A stretch of DNA of 56,849 bases from an uncultured Chitinophagales bacterium (lineage in GTDB: Bacteria > Bacteroidota > Bacteroidia > Chitinophagales > BACL12), in the NCBI GenBank assembly GCA_964638865.1, contig CAZXBG010000003.1, forward strand, positions 11,582-68,430, in the 5' to 3' direction. The notes beneath the pieces are model-generated. The model did not search any database. It was not told where the DNA came from and saw only the letters and a program-made list of their open reading frames with translations. Shown piece by piece: positions 30,238 to 41,196 of this stretch (positions are counted from its first letter, which is position 1; every line of letters begins with the position of its first letter). Made by a program: the position numbers and the translations under genes.

Positions 30238-31492
30238 TATTCAACGAAAAATTTTTAAGGATGCAGATTTTATTCTGCTGAATATCAATGCATTTTTAGT
30301 GATCTTTGGTTATGGGCTTGCGGTTGTTACTAGACTGGAATCAGTAGAAACAATGAGAATACTCAAATCCTTTTTTCTGATTGTATCAGCTATAGTAATG
30401 TTTAAGGATATGAATTTAAACAAGCATCCACTTCCATTTCCAACCATTATTTATTTAGGTATTTTCAGTTTTTGGATTTTCACAATGTCAATTTTTTCTA
30501 CCAATCTTACATTTTCAATTTTAAGATCATTAACTTTTTTAGCACCTTTAATCTACGTGTATTTAGTATTACAGAACTTGTTAAATAAGTATCCAAGTTT
30601 GGAAATCATTAAGGCATTTACAAAATCATTTAATCTTATTTATACATTGCCTGTCTTGGCATTTCTTGCATCCGGAGCCGGATTCAGCATGATAAATATA
30701 TATGGCTCAGGAGTTAATCAAGGTCAATTTTTTGTTTCAAATCAATATGGCTGGGCTTGTGCAATATATTTGGTCTCTATAGTTGATATTTTATTAAATA
30801 CCAAAACGGGAAAATTTTATAAAATTTTCAATTTTACGATCATAGCAATAGCGATTTATTTATTGCTTATTTCCGGAAACAGAGCATCATGGGTTTCGAT
30901 ATTACTTGCTATTGCGATATTTCTATTGCGATTAAAAAATATCAGACCTGATTTTAAAATAATTCTTACCGTAATTCCGATCGCCGTAATTTTCTGGTTT
31001 TACCAGATCCCCGAATCCTCCTTACAGACGCGGTTATCTGAAACCGAATCCCAGATTGATGATGGAGAGCCCCGATTAAATACGGCCAAAATTGTATTTG
31101 AAATATTTAATGAAAAGAAATCCCTTTGGATAACTGGAGCCGGGATGTTTAATTATGATTATACAATACACGGAGAGGGATTAGCAGATTATCATAATTC
31201 TTATCTGGAAGTGCTTTTTGGAGGAGGGATAATATTATTTCTGCTGTTCATTACATTTATGTTATTTAGACCGCTTTATCATTATGCGATCTATTATTCT
31301 AAACATTTTTTAATTATAATGCCTGTTCTTGTAATACCATTTTTCGAAAGTAACCTAACAGGAGGTCAATTTGTATTTTTTCCCTGGTTTATATTTATGA
31401 TACTATTTAATATGCCTCCTCATTACGACGATTATAAATATCAACAAAAACCAAAAGTGCTGAAACCCCCGCATTATCGTAAACAAACTTAA
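30221..31492 (+). CDS. Wzy polymerase / O-antigen ligase family
   Basis: Multi-TM, SGNRAS, GAG, HNSYLEVL. Confidence 0.82.
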   Translation: MEKAPSIQRKIFKDADFILLNINAFLVIFGYGLAVVTRLESVETMRILKSFFLIVSAIVMFKDMNLNKHPLPFPTIIYLGIFSFWIFTMSIFSTNLTFSILRSLTFLAPLIYVYLVLQNLLNKYPSLEIIKAFTKSFNLIYTLPVLAFLASGAGFSMINIYGSGVNQGQFFVSNQYGWACAIYLVSIVDILLNTKTGKFYKIFNFTIIAIAIYLLLISGNRASWVSILLAIAIFLLRLKNIRPDFKIILTVIPIAVIFWFYQIPESSLQTRLSETESQIDDGEPRLNTAKIVFEIFNEKKSLWITGAGMFNYDYTIHGEGLADYHNSYLEVLFGGGIILFLLFITFMLFRPLYHYAIYYSKHFLIIMPVLVIPFFESNLTGGQFVFFPWFIFMILFNMPPHYDDYKYQQKPKVLKPPHYRKQT

Positions 31493-31498
31493 AATTCC

Positions 31499-32647
31499 AT
31501 GTTAAAAACGATCATTATTATTGGGACGCGACCGGAAGCTATTAAAATGGCCTTATTGGCTAAAGAGCTCAATAAGAGAAAAGGAATAAAAAATTATTTA
31601 TGTGTTTCCGGACAACACCGTTCAATGTTGGATCAGGTTTTAGATTTTTTTGCGATTAAGCCCGACTTTGATCTAAATATCATGCAGGAAAATCAGCAGC
31701 TAAATGATATTACCGGTAAAATCATTATTGAAGTATCGAAAATTTATGACCAGATAAACCCAGACCTCATATTGGTGCATGGCGATACCAATACTTGCTT
31801 TGCGGCGGCATTAGCAGCTTACTATAAAAAAATTCCTGTGGCGCACGTAGAAGCCGGAATGAGAACAGGAAATATTAATGTTCCTTTTCCTGAAGAAGCA
31901 AATCGGGTGCTTACAGGAAGAATATCCAATTTCCATTTTGCTCCCACTTCGCTCAATGTAAAGAATTTAATAGCAGAAGGTGTAAAAAGAGATTGCATTA
32001 TTAAAACAGGAAATACAGTTATAGACAGTTTGATCTACACCTCAAAAAAAATAAAAATATTTTCTGACCAGGTTACAGATCAAAAACTAATTAAGGCTGT
32101 TTCAGATATCAAAAAAATTATTTTAGTCACCGGTCACCGTCGAGAAAATTTTGGTGGAGGTTTTAAAAACATCTGCCTTGCATTAAAAAATATTGCAATT
32201 CAAAACCCCGATTGTTATATTATATATCCAGTACATCTCAATCCAAATGTTCAACAACCGGTTTTAAAAGCATTAACAGGAATTAATAATATCATCTTAA
32301 CATCACCACTATCTTACCCTGACTTTGTATTTTTATTGAACCGAGCTTATTTAATCTTAACCGATTCAGGTGGAATTCAGGAAGAAGGACCTTCACTTGG
32401 AAAACCGGTACTTGTGATGCGAGATATAACGGAAAGACCTGAAGCAATTCAGGCAGGAACCGTAAAATTAGTTGGCACCGACAGAAAAAAGATCGAAAAG
32501 GAAGTTAACCATTTACTAAACGATAAAAAACAGTATCATAAAATGTCGAAAATGGTAAATCCATACGGTGATGGAAAAGCTACGGAAAAGATCGCGGATT
32601 GGATTATTAATAATCAATCACGCATTAAAAAAGCAAAACCAGAATGA
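31499..32647 (+). CDS. wecB: UDP-GlcNAc 2-epimerase (non-hydrolysing)
   Basis: GTRPEAIK, HGDT, HVEAG, HRREN, DSGGIQEE, NPYGDG. Confidence 0.95.
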   Translation: MLKTIIIIGTRPEAIKMALLAKELNKRKGIKNYLCVSGQHRSMLDQVLDFFAIKPDFDLNIMQENQQLNDITGKIIIEVSKIYDQINPDLILVHGDTNTCFAAALAAYYKKIPVAHVEAGMRTGNINVPFPEEANRVLTGRISNFHFAPTSLNVKNLIAEGVKRDCIIKTGNTVIDSLIYTSKKIKIFSDQVTDQKLIKAVSDIKKIILVTGHRRENFGGGFKNICLALKNIAIQNPDCYIIYPVHLNPNVQQPVLKALTGINNIILTSPLSYPDFVFLLNRAYLILTDSGGIQEEGPSLGKPVLVMRDITERPEAIQAGTVKLVGTDRKKIEKEVNHLLNDKKQYHKMSKMVNPYGDGKATEKIADWIINNQSRIKKAKPE

Positions 32648-34752
32648 AACAAATAATTCAGCATTTAAATACCGGAGAAACTTTATTAGAGGAAGTTCCT
32701 GCACCTGCCATTCAAAAAGGGTGTGTTTTAATTAAAACAAAGTGCAGTCTCATCTCTCCGGGAACTGAAAAAATGCTGATTGAATTCAGTAAATACAATC
32801 TCCTTTCAAAAGCTAGAAATAATCCGGAACGTGTAAAGCAGGTATTGGACAAAATTAAATCGGATGGCATAATTCCAACATTGGAAGCTGTTTTTAAAAA
32901 GCTGGATCAACCCCTTCCATTAGGATATTGTAATGCTGGTGAAGTAATCGCGATTGCTGATGATATTACAGAATTTAAAGTTGGCGACAGAGTTATTTCA
33001 AATGGTGGACATGCGGAATTTGTGTGTATACCAAAAAATCTTGTTGCTAAAATTCCGGATAATGTGGAATATGAAGAAGCAGTATTTACCGTAATAGCCG
33101 CAATAGGATTACAATCCATACGCTTGGCACAACCGCAACTCGGTGAAATATTCGTTGTTTTTGGCCTTGGCCTGGTGGGAATTTTAACTGCTAAGTTATT
33201 AGCCATAAATGGCTGTAAAGTAGTAGGATTTGATATTGATGAGGAGCGGGTAGAATTTGCAAATACATTAAATATAAACTCTTATAATATTAACTCTGAT
33301 GTGGAATCTATAATCAGAACAAATATTATTCATTCAGGTGTTGATGCTGTAATAATTACTGCGGCAGCCCAAAATGATAAACTTATTTCAACAGCAGCTA
33401 AAATCTGTAGGAAAAAAGCCAGGATCATCTTGGTAGGCATAGCAGATCTGAAGTTTGAACGGGAAGAATTTTATAAAAAAGAATTACAGTTTCAAATATC
33501 ATGCTCTTATGGTCCGGGAAGATACGATGAAAGTTATGAAGATGGAGGAATTGATTATCCGTTGGCATATGTGCGCTGGACAGAAAAAAGAAATTTTGAA
33601 AGCATTCTTGAATGTCTGCAAAATAAAACACTTGATGTAAAACCATTAATATCCGGAAAATTTGTTTTCTCAAAAGCCGCAGATGCTTATAAAAATTTAA
33701 CAGATACTAAAGCGATCACAAATTTATTGGTATATGATGATGAAAGTCCATATATCCAATCAATTCTCGTTTCTGAAAAAATTGCCAAAGCCTCAAAAGG
33801 AATAATCGGAATAATCGGAGCAGGGAATTTTGCAAGTATGACTTTATTACCTGCTTTGAAAAAAAATAAAGCCAACATAAAATATATTTCCTCCGCCTCC
33901 GGTTTAAACGCGCAACAATTGGCAAAAAAATACAATATAGAAAATGCAGTTTCCAATAATCAAATGATATTCGAAGATCCTGCTGTGGAGCTGGTTGTTA
34001 TATCCACAAGGCATGACACGCATGCAGAACTTATTTTGCAAAGTATAACACATAAAAAACATATATTTACTGAGAAACCGATAGCCATAAATGCAGTACA
34101 ACTCTCAGCAATTGAAGAAGCCTATCGAACATCTGAACAAATACTATTTTTTACAGGATTTAACAGAAGACATGCACCACTTGCCGTTAAAGCGAAACAG
34201 TTGATCGGTGCTTTTGAGGATCTCAATATAGTAATTACTGTAAATGCAGGAATTCTGCCTTCTGATCATTGGTTGCACAACGAGCAAATCGGCGGAGGAA
34301 GAATAATTGGTGAAGCTTGTCATTTTTTCGACCTGATGTCATTTTTCGCCAGCAGCGATATCAGCGACGTTTATGCAACAGATAACAGCACTTCTGCTTC
34401 TCCGGAAAATAGCATAATTCATCTAACTTATAAAAATGGAGTGCAGGGAGTAATTAATTATTTTTCAAATGGCAATAAATCATATCCCAAAGAAAAAATT
34501 GAAATATATTCCGGAAACAGGGTGCTTATATTAGATAATTTTAAAAAATTAACAGGTTACGGATTTAAAAACTTTTCCGTTAAAAAAACATTACAAAATA
34601 AGGGCCATCAAGATCAGTTTGAAAGTATGATTAATATATTATTAAGTGGGGGCAAGGCCTCTACATCCTTCTCCTCTCTCGTGAATACAACAAAAGCAAC
34701 TTTTGCCGCAGTTAAAAGCATCAGAGAAAAAAATGTTGTTAAAATTGATTAA
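32644..34752 (+). CDS. Bi-domain oxidoreductase (Zn-ADH-like + Gfo/Idh/MocA)
   Basis: ISPGTE, SCSYGPGRYD, YVRWTE; second domain GAGNFA, EKP, GFNRR, GEACH. Confidence 0.9.
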   Translation: MKQIIQHLNTGETLLEEVPAPAIQKGCVLIKTKCSLISPGTEKMLIEFSKYNLLSKARNNPERVKQVLDKIKSDGIIPTLEAVFKKLDQPLPLGYCNAGEVIAIADDITEFKVGDRVISNGGHAEFVCIPKNLVAKIPDNVEYEEAVFTVIAAIGLQSIRLAQPQLGEIFVVFGLGLVGILTAKLLAINGCKVVGFDIDEERVEFANTLNINSYNINSDVESIIRTNIIHSGVDAVIITAAAQNDKLISTAAKICRKKARIILVGIADLKFEREEFYKKELQFQISCSYGPGRYDESYEDGGIDYPLAYVRWTEKRNFESILECLQNKTLDVKPLISGKFVFSKAADAYKNLTDTKAITNLLVYDDESPYIQSILVSEKIAKASKGIIGIIGAGNFASMTLLPALKKNKANIKYISSASGLNAQQLAKKYNIENAVSNNQMIFEDPAVELVVISTRHDTHAELILQSITHKKHIFTEKPIAINAVQLSAIEEAYRTSEQILFFTGFNRRHAPLAVKAKQLIGAFEDLNIVITVNAGILPSDHWLHNEQIGGGRIIGEACHFFDLMSFFASSDISDVYATDNSTSASPENSIIHLTYKNGVQGVINYFSNGNKSYPKEKIEIYSGNRVLILDNFKKLTGYGFKNFSVKKTLQNKGHQDQFESMINILLSGGKASTSFSSLVNTTKATFAAVKSIREKNVVKID

Positions 34753-34755
34753 TGT

Positions 34756-36672
34756 ATGTGTGGAATTTTAGGTGTAGTTAAAACAAATTCTTCTGATTTG
34801 CACTTTAAAAAGGCATTTGAGCAGACGCAACATCGCGGACCAGATTCCAGTAGAATTTTCGAAAATGATTATATTATATTAGGAAATCACCGTTTGAAGA
34901 TTCAGGACTTGAGCGAAAATGGAAACCTTCCGATGCTTAGTGCAGATGGAAGATATGTGATTGTATATAACGGCGAGATTTATAATCACTGGACCATCAG
35001 AAAAGATCTGGAGAAAAAAGGGTACTCATTTAAATCGACTTCAGATACAGAAACTATTCTAGCAGGATATATCGTTTATGGTCAGGATATTCTCAAAAAA
35101 TTAAGCGGAATTTTTGCTTTCGTAATTTACGATCAACTCAGTAATCAGCTATTTGGTGCAAGAGATCATATTGGCGTAAAGCCGTTTTATTATTATTTGA
35201 AAGGAAATAATTTTGCGTTCAGTTCAGAAATAAAATCCCTAATCCATTTAACTAATTTTGATTCCCGGCTTAACTATAAATCGCTTACAAATTATATGAA
35301 CTTTTTATGGTCTCCGGGCGAGACGACTCCATTTAACTTTGTATCCAAATTATTACCCGGAGAATTTTTTACACTAACAGTAACAGATGCAACTACCTTT
35401 CAGAAATATTCCTATTACGATATTCCATTTAATGGTTCCAGAGAATTTTATAATGATGAACTATGGATAGATATCATAGATAAAAAACTGGAGAAATCTA
35501 TTGAATCGCAACTGCTTTCCGACGTACCTATCGGATTTTTTCTTTCAGGAGGAATTGATTCGAGTGTGATTGTAGCAGAGGCACGTAAAAATTTTAATGG
35601 CGGAAGTTTAAATTGTTTTACGATCAAAGGAAATGACAATCTTGAACCTGAAGGATTTGCCGATGATTTTAAATATGCGCAGGAAGCGGCAAAACATTTA
35701 GATGTTAAATTAAATGTTGTAGACGGAAGTATAAGTATTATTGAAGATTTTGATAAAATGATCTGGCATCTTGATGAGCCGCAGGCAGATATCGCACCGC
35801 TTTATGTATATAAAGTTTGCGAAATGGCAAAAACGCAAGGGATCAAAGTATTGTTAAGCGGAGCCGGTGGAGATGATATTTTTTCCGGCTATAGAAGACA
35901 TAAAGCATTAACCTACGATAAATATCTGCAATACACGCCTGATTTCTTTTTTACGCTCATGGAAAAATATTTAAGTTACAGAAATTCCAATAAACCTACG
36001 ATCAGAAGATTAAATAAATTTATTAAAAGGAATAGTAATCCGGTAGAAGATCGGTTAGTTGGTTATTTTGAATGGTTTCCGATTAATGAAAATATGCGAC
36101 TTTTTAACCCGGAAATACAAAAACAAATTGGCAGTTATAAACCGGATTCTTATCTTTTTTCTTTGCTTGATAAAATTAAAGAGGAAGATAATTTATTAAA
36201 TAAAATGTTATATCTGGAACTCAAAACATTTTTAGTAGATCATAATCTTAATTATACCGATAAAATGGGTATGGCTTGCGGAGTAGAGATCAGAGTTCCG
36301 TTTCTGGATATCGATCTTGTGAATTTATGCACAAAACTGCCACCGGATATGAAATTACGAGGTAGTAAAACTAAATATGTTTTACGCAAAATTGCCGAAA
36401 AGTATTTACCGGAATCCATCATAAACAGGTCCAAAACAGGATTTGGAGGTCCGGTAAGAAAGTGGGTAAAGAATGATCTGGATAAAATGATCTCCGACAG
36501 ACTGAGTAAATCGAATATTGACAAATATCAGATATTCGATCATAAAATGATATTAAAATTAATTAACGACAACAAGTCGGGTCGCGTAGATGGTGCATAT
36601 ACCATTCTTTCCATAATGGCAATTCAAAGTTGGCTCGATCAGTTTTACAGTAAACAATCAACTGGTTTTTAG
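34756..36672 (+). CDS. asnB: Asparagine synthase-like glutamine amidotransferase (sugar amidation)
   Basis: MCGI, HRGPD, YNGEIYN, LSGGIDS, SGAGGDD, RVPFLD. Confidence 0.92.
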   Translation: MCGILGVVKTNSSDLHFKKAFEQTQHRGPDSSRIFENDYIILGNHRLKIQDLSENGNLPMLSADGRYVIVYNGEIYNHWTIRKDLEKKGYSFKSTSDTETILAGYIVYGQDILKKLSGIFAFVIYDQLSNQLFGARDHIGVKPFYYYLKGNNFAFSSEIKSLIHLTNFDSRLNYKSLTNYMNFLWSPGETTPFNFVSKLLPGEFFTLTVTDATTFQKYSYYDIPFNGSREFYNDELWIDIIDKKLEKSIESQLLSDVPIGFFLSGGIDSSVIVAEARKNFNGGSLNCFTIKGNDNLEPEGFADDFKYAQEAAKHLDVKLNVVDGSISIIEDFDKMIWHLDEPQADIAPLYVYKVCEMAKTQGIKVLLSGAGGDDIFSGYRRHKALTYDKYLQYTPDFFFTLMEKYLSYRNSNKPTIRRLNKFIKRNSNPVEDRLVGYFEWFPINENMRLFNPEIQKQIGSYKPDSYLFSLLDKIKEEDNLLNKMLYLELKTFLVDHNLNYTDKMGMACGVEIRVPFLDIDLVNLCTKLPPDMKLRGSKTKYVLRKIAEKYLPESIINRSKTGFGGPVRKWVKNDLDKMISDRLSKSNIDKYQIFDHKMILKLINDNKSGRVDGAYTILSIMAIQSWLDQFYSKQSTGF

Positions 36673-36674
36673 AA

Positions 36675-38561
36675 ATGTTTAATACAAATAAATTTTTAAC
36701 CTACATTCGTGAGAACGGGTTACAAAATGTATTGGAAAGATCTTGGTATGAGTCACAAAAACGTTTGGGAATTATTTCAAGAAAGAATCCGGATACCTGG
36801 AATTCGGAATTCCCCATTTCCAGATCAGCATGGTTACAAACAAATACAAAATATTTATTTGTCTCTAAAAATAGTCTTACCATTCCTAAAGACAGAGCAC
36901 AAACACATCAGTTAAACGCTCAAATTATTTTAACAGGACGAAGGAGATATTTTAATGATTCCGTTTTCGCAGAATCCAAAACCGATAGATGGTTTACGCA
37001 TCCTGTAGATCATTATGTATATGATAAAAATAAACACTGGACAAAATACAAAGAGTTATCACCGGAAAGAGATATCAAATATATATGGGAAAATTCACGT
37101 TTTTGTTATTTGTATGATATTATCAGATACGATTATCATTTCAATAAAAATTACGCTGCATTTGTTCTTGGAGAAATGAATTCGTGGATAGATGAAAATA
37201 AATTCAATAAGGGTCCACACTTTATTTCAAGTCAGGAGATAGGTGTACGGATATTAAATTGGTTATTTGCCATTTATTATTATTCCAAATCTGAGCTTCT
37301 TACCGATGAATTATTTAAAAAAATATTACAATCCATTTATGAACAGGTGGCTCACATTGAAGCAAATCTGTCATTTTCACAGAAATTTGTTCGGAATAAC
37401 CATATCATTACAGAAGCGACAGCAATATTTGTTTTTTCGATTTTATTTCCACAGGTAAATGAAGCTGCCGTCTGGTTGAAAAAAAGTAAAAATATTTTAG
37501 AAAAGGAAATTGATTATCAGATATTTGAAGATGGAACTTACCTACAATATTCAATGAACTATCATCGCACAATTATTCAATTGCTTACTTTAAATTTTAC
37601 TCTCGCACAAAATAATAATATTATTTTTGATAAAAAAGTGTATGAAAAAGCCACTTTGAGTCTGCAATTTCTGATCTCCAGTTGCGATACTACAAATGGT
37701 AAATTGCCAAATTATGGCGCTAACGACGGGTCACTTTTTTTCCCTTTAAATAATAATAACTTTTCCGATTTTCGCCCGCAATTACAAGCACTTGCAAATT
37801 CTATTGGACAAACCTGTTTTTCTGAAACAGTTTATGAAGATCTTTATTGGTACGGAATTACTCAAAATACAACTTTGCTTCCGGAATTAAAAGCCAAACA
37901 AGGTTCTTCAGTGTTTAAGGAGAGTGGATATTATACTTACCGCGACAATAATACTTTTACTTTTATAAGATGTGGTGATCATAAGTACAGACCTTCTCAG
38001 GCAGATATGTTGCATTTGGACCTATGGTATAAAGATTTGAATTTCATGAGAGATGGAGGAACATATTTATATAATACTGACAAAACAACAATAAAATATT
38101 TTGCAGGAACAGCATCCCATAATACTATCATGCTGGATGATTTTGACCAGATGTTAAAAGGGCCAAGGTTTATATGGATTTATAAAACAAAATGTTTACA
38201 GGCAGAAATTGCAGAAACGGATACGGAATTTCAATTTACCGGAAGTATTCTGGCATTCAAACATACCGGCGCCTGGCAACATATTAAAAGAACTGTGAGC
38301 AGATCAAAAACAGAAATGAAATGGAAAATTACCGATGAGCTTCTCACTCCGGGGAATTTCACTGTTCGTCAAATATGGAATCCAGTTTCTGAATTTAATT
38401 CTTTATTTAAAATCTCCGCAATTGATCAAAACAATATTAATATTGCACCCGAATATTGCAAAGCGTATTTTTCAGAAAGTTACGGCACCAGAACAGAAAC
38501 AGAGCAGATCATTTTTAATACAAAAACCAATAAAATAACCACCATCATCTCACTCAGATAA
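36675..38561 (+). CDS. Heparinase II/III-family protein
   Basis: DIKYIWENSR, NNH, QYSMNYHR, GANDG, QADMLH, DGGTYLYN, SHNT. Confidence 0.88.
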   Translation: MFNTNKFLTYIRENGLQNVLERSWYESQKRLGIISRKNPDTWNSEFPISRSAWLQTNTKYLFVSKNSLTIPKDRAQTHQLNAQIILTGRRRYFNDSVFAESKTDRWFTHPVDHYVYDKNKHWTKYKELSPERDIKYIWENSRFCYLYDIIRYDYHFNKNYAAFVLGEMNSWIDENKFNKGPHFISSQEIGVRILNWLFAIYYYSKSELLTDELFKKILQSIYEQVAHIEANLSFSQKFVRNNHIITEATAIFVFSILFPQVNEAAVWLKKSKNILEKEIDYQIFEDGTYLQYSMNYHRTIIQLLTLNFTLAQNNNIIFDKKVYEKATLSLQFLISSCDTTNGKLPNYGANDGSLFFPLNNNNFSDFRPQLQALANSIGQTCFSETVYEDLYWYGITQNTTLLPELKAKQGSSVFKESGYYTYRDNNTFTFIRCGDHKYRPSQADMLHLDLWYKDLNFMRDGGTYLYNTDKTTIKYFAGTASHNTIMLDDFDQMLKGPRFIWIYKTKCLQAEIAETDTEFQFTGSILAFKHTGAWQHIKRTVSRSKTEMKWKITDELLTPGNFTVRQIWNPVSEFNSLFKISAIDQNNINIAPEYCKAYFSESYGTRTETEQIIFNTKTNKITTIISLR

Positions 38562-38563
38562 GG

Positions 38564-39856
38564 ATGCATATTTTACTCATACATCAATATTTTCTTGAAA
38601 AAGGCGATTCCGGCGGATTGCGATGGAATGAAATGGCAAAGATTTGGTCAGAAAAGGGACATAAAGTAACCGTTGTTGCCGGCATGACACATTATGCAAA
38701 TGGCGTGCGCAATCCAAAATATAATAATAAATATACCTTTGTTGACGCATTTTCTCCAAATATCAAAGTAATTCGTTCGCATGTTTCAGATTCTTACAAC
38801 GATAGTTTCAGAGGCAGATTAAAAGCGTATTTTTCATTTGTTTTTTCCGGAATATATGCCGGTTTATTTAAGGCGAAAGAAAAATATGATGTAATACTTG
38901 TGAGTTCTCCGCCGCTATCTGTAGGGATTATTGCATTAATATTATCCACTTTTAAAAGAATTCCGATCATTTTTGAGATTCGGGATCTTTGGCCGGAATC
39001 TGCAATTGATACAGGCATTTTAAAAAATAAAATGATCATTAAAATTTCGTATTGGCTGGAACGACGTTTGTATAAAAAAGCGAAATTAATTAATGCACTC
39101 ACCCCTGCAATCAAGGAAACCTTAATTCATAAAAAAAAGGTTCCTGCATCAAAAATAATTTATATACCAAATGCTGCAGACTTTGATCTATCTGATAAAA
39201 TGTTAACTGATTTTGATATTTCAACATTCCGTAAAGGTCTCGGGTTTGATAATGAATTTATTCTGTGTTACGTAGGCGCTCATGGGTTAGCAAATAATTT
39301 AATACAATTACTGGATACAGCGCAGTTACTGCGAAATGAAAATGTTGTTTTTATTTTAATTGGTGACGGGATGGAAAAGAAAATGCTCATGCAAACAGTG
39401 ATTGAAAAAAATATTACAAATGTCCATTTTTTCGATTCCGTTCCTAAAGCGGATGTGCTTAAATTTATTCTTGCAGCAGACGCAGGAATTTCTGTTTTAA
39501 AGAAAGTAGAGGCATTTAAAACAGTTTTTTCCAATAAAACATTTGATTATATGGCGTGCAAAAAACCTGTGCTGATGGCTATTGACGGCATTTCAAGGGA
39601 ATTGGTTGAAACAGCGGGAGCAGGAATTTATGTGGAGCCGGAAAATGCAAAGGATTTTGCAGAAAAAATCCGAACCTACCTCCATGATCCAACTTTAATA
39701 AAATTACATGGCGAAAATGGTTATAAATATGCAAAAAAACATTTCGACAGAAAAACATTATCTCTGGAATATCTTCAAATAATAGAAACTCATTTTGGTT
39801 TCAACTCTAAAAATTCCGTATCCAATAAAATAAATCACAAGGTTTCTAATGTATAG
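38564..39856 (+). CDS. GT4 glycosyltransferase (WbuB-like)
   Basis: HQYF, SSPPL, EIRDLWPES, SNKTFDYMAC. Confidence 0.9.
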   Translation: MHILLIHQYFLEKGDSGGLRWNEMAKIWSEKGHKVTVVAGMTHYANGVRNPKYNNKYTFVDAFSPNIKVIRSHVSDSYNDSFRGRLKAYFSFVFSGIYAGLFKAKEKYDVILVSSPPLSVGIIALILSTFKRIPIIFEIRDLWPESAIDTGILKNKMIIKISYWLERRLYKKAKLINALTPAIKETLIHKKKVPASKIIYIPNAADFDLSDKMLTDFDISTFRKGLGFDNEFILCYVGAHGLANNLIQLLDTAQLLRNENVVFILIGDGMEKKMLMQTVIEKNITNVHFFDSVPKADVLKFILAADAGISVLKKVEAFKTVFSNKTFDYMACKKPVLMAIDGISRELVETAGAGIYVEPENAKDFAEKIRTYLHDPTLIKLHGENGYKYAKKHFDRKTLSLEYLQIIETHFGFNSKNSVSNKINHKVSNV

Positions 39857-40484
39857 ATTATATTTCAAACGCTTTTTCGATTTCTTTTATTCCTTGATAC
39901 TATTAATTATTTTATCTCCTCTATTTATATTTATCGCCTTTCTTTGTATAATTTTTTTTAAAGGCAAAATATTTTTTACTCAGAAACGAGTCGGGAAAAA
40001 CGAAAAAATATTTACCATAGTGAAATTCATCTCCATGAGACCCCTAACCGAAAAAAACATTACCGATGCAAGCAGAACTTCCCGGTTTGGGAGTATACTC
40101 CGCAAAAGTTCCATGGATGAAATTCCTCAGCTTTTAAATGTGTTGATCGGTGACATGAGCTTGATAGGACCCCGCCCGCTTCTGATAAAATACTTACCTT
40201 ATTACAGTGTGGCTGAAAAAACAAGACATCAAGTTAGACCCGGAATTACCGGTTTAGCACAAATTAACGGCCGCAATAACTTATCCTGGGATCACCGCCT
40301 GCAATTTGATATTCAATATGTTAAGAATTTATCTTTAGATTTAGATCTCAAAATTTTTATTAAAACGATAGTAGTTACCTTTTCCGCAAAAAATATTCAG
40401 GCAGATGTGGAATTAAATTTACAGGATCTTGATGTGGAAAGAATCAATTTAACTGCATCTGAAAATAATAATTCAACACAATAA
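39849..40484 (+). CDS. Initiating phosphoglycosyl transferase (PglC-like)
   Basis: KRFFD, KFISM, DEIPQLLNV, GDMSLIGPRP, PGITGLAQ. Confidence 0.93.
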   Translation: MYRLYFKRFFDFFYSLILLIILSPLFIFIAFLCIIFFKGKIFFTQKRVGKNEKIFTIVKFISMRPLTEKNITDASRTSRFGSILRKSSMDEIPQLLNVLIGDMSLIGPRPLLIKYLPYYSVAEKTRHQVRPGITGLAQINGRNNLSWDHRLQFDIQYVKNLSLDLDLKIFIKTIVVTFSAKNIQADVELNLQDLDVERINLTASENNNSTQ

Positions 40485-40498
40485 ACAACATTTTATTC

Positions 40499-41140
40499 AT
40501 GAAAAAGAAAATTTGTATCATTGGCACCGGCGGCTTTGGAAGAGAGGTATTGTGTTGCGTAATTGATATTATTGGTCATACAGATCGCAATATCAATGAA
40601 TTTGTAAGTTTTATGGTTTCCGATCAATACTTCAAAGAATCTGAGATCATGGGCGTGGGAGTAATAAAACAATCGCAATTCGATCCTGAAAAATATGAAA
40701 CAGTTGTTGCAATTGGAGAGCCTGATTCCAGAAAAAAGATGGTAGAAAGCCTTCCGCTAAATACTGCTTTTGCAAAACTTATTCATCCTTCCGCAACAGT
40801 TTCGGCATGGGTGAAAATTGGGGAAGGAAGTATTATAACTGCAGGATGTATTTTAACCAGCAATATTAAATTAGGAAATCACACACATCTAAATTTGCAT
40901 ACAACCATCGGACATGATTGTATTATAGGAGATTATTTTACAACTGCACCGGGTGCAAATGTGAGTGGCAGTTGTAATTTTGGAAATAATATCTACCTTG
41001 GTACGGGCTCTGCAATAAAACAAAATATTCATATTTGTAGTGATGTAACAATTGGCATGGGAGCAATTGTAGTAAAAAATATAACAGAAGCAGGAACCTA
41101 TGTTGGTAGCCCGGCAATAAAAGTAAACAGAGATAATTAG
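40499..41140 (+). CDS. NeuD/PglD-family sugar acetyltransferase
   Basis: GTGGFGRE, AIGE, IHPSA, IGHD hexapeptide repeats, VGSPA. Confidence 0.9.
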   Translation: MKKKICIIGTGGFGREVLCCVIDIIGHTDRNINEFVSFMVSDQYFKESEIMGVGVIKQSQFDPEKYETVVAIGEPDSRKKMVESLPLNTAFAKLIHPSATVSAWVKIGEGSIITAGCILTSNIKLGNHTHLNLHTTIGHDCIIGDYFTTAPGANVSGSCNFGNNIYLGTGSAIKQNIHICSDVTIGMGAIVVKNITEAGTYVGSPAIKVNRDN

Positions 41141-41196
41141 CAATTTTTTAGAATATTAGTAATTCTGAAATTTTTATAATACATTTAGTAAAACAA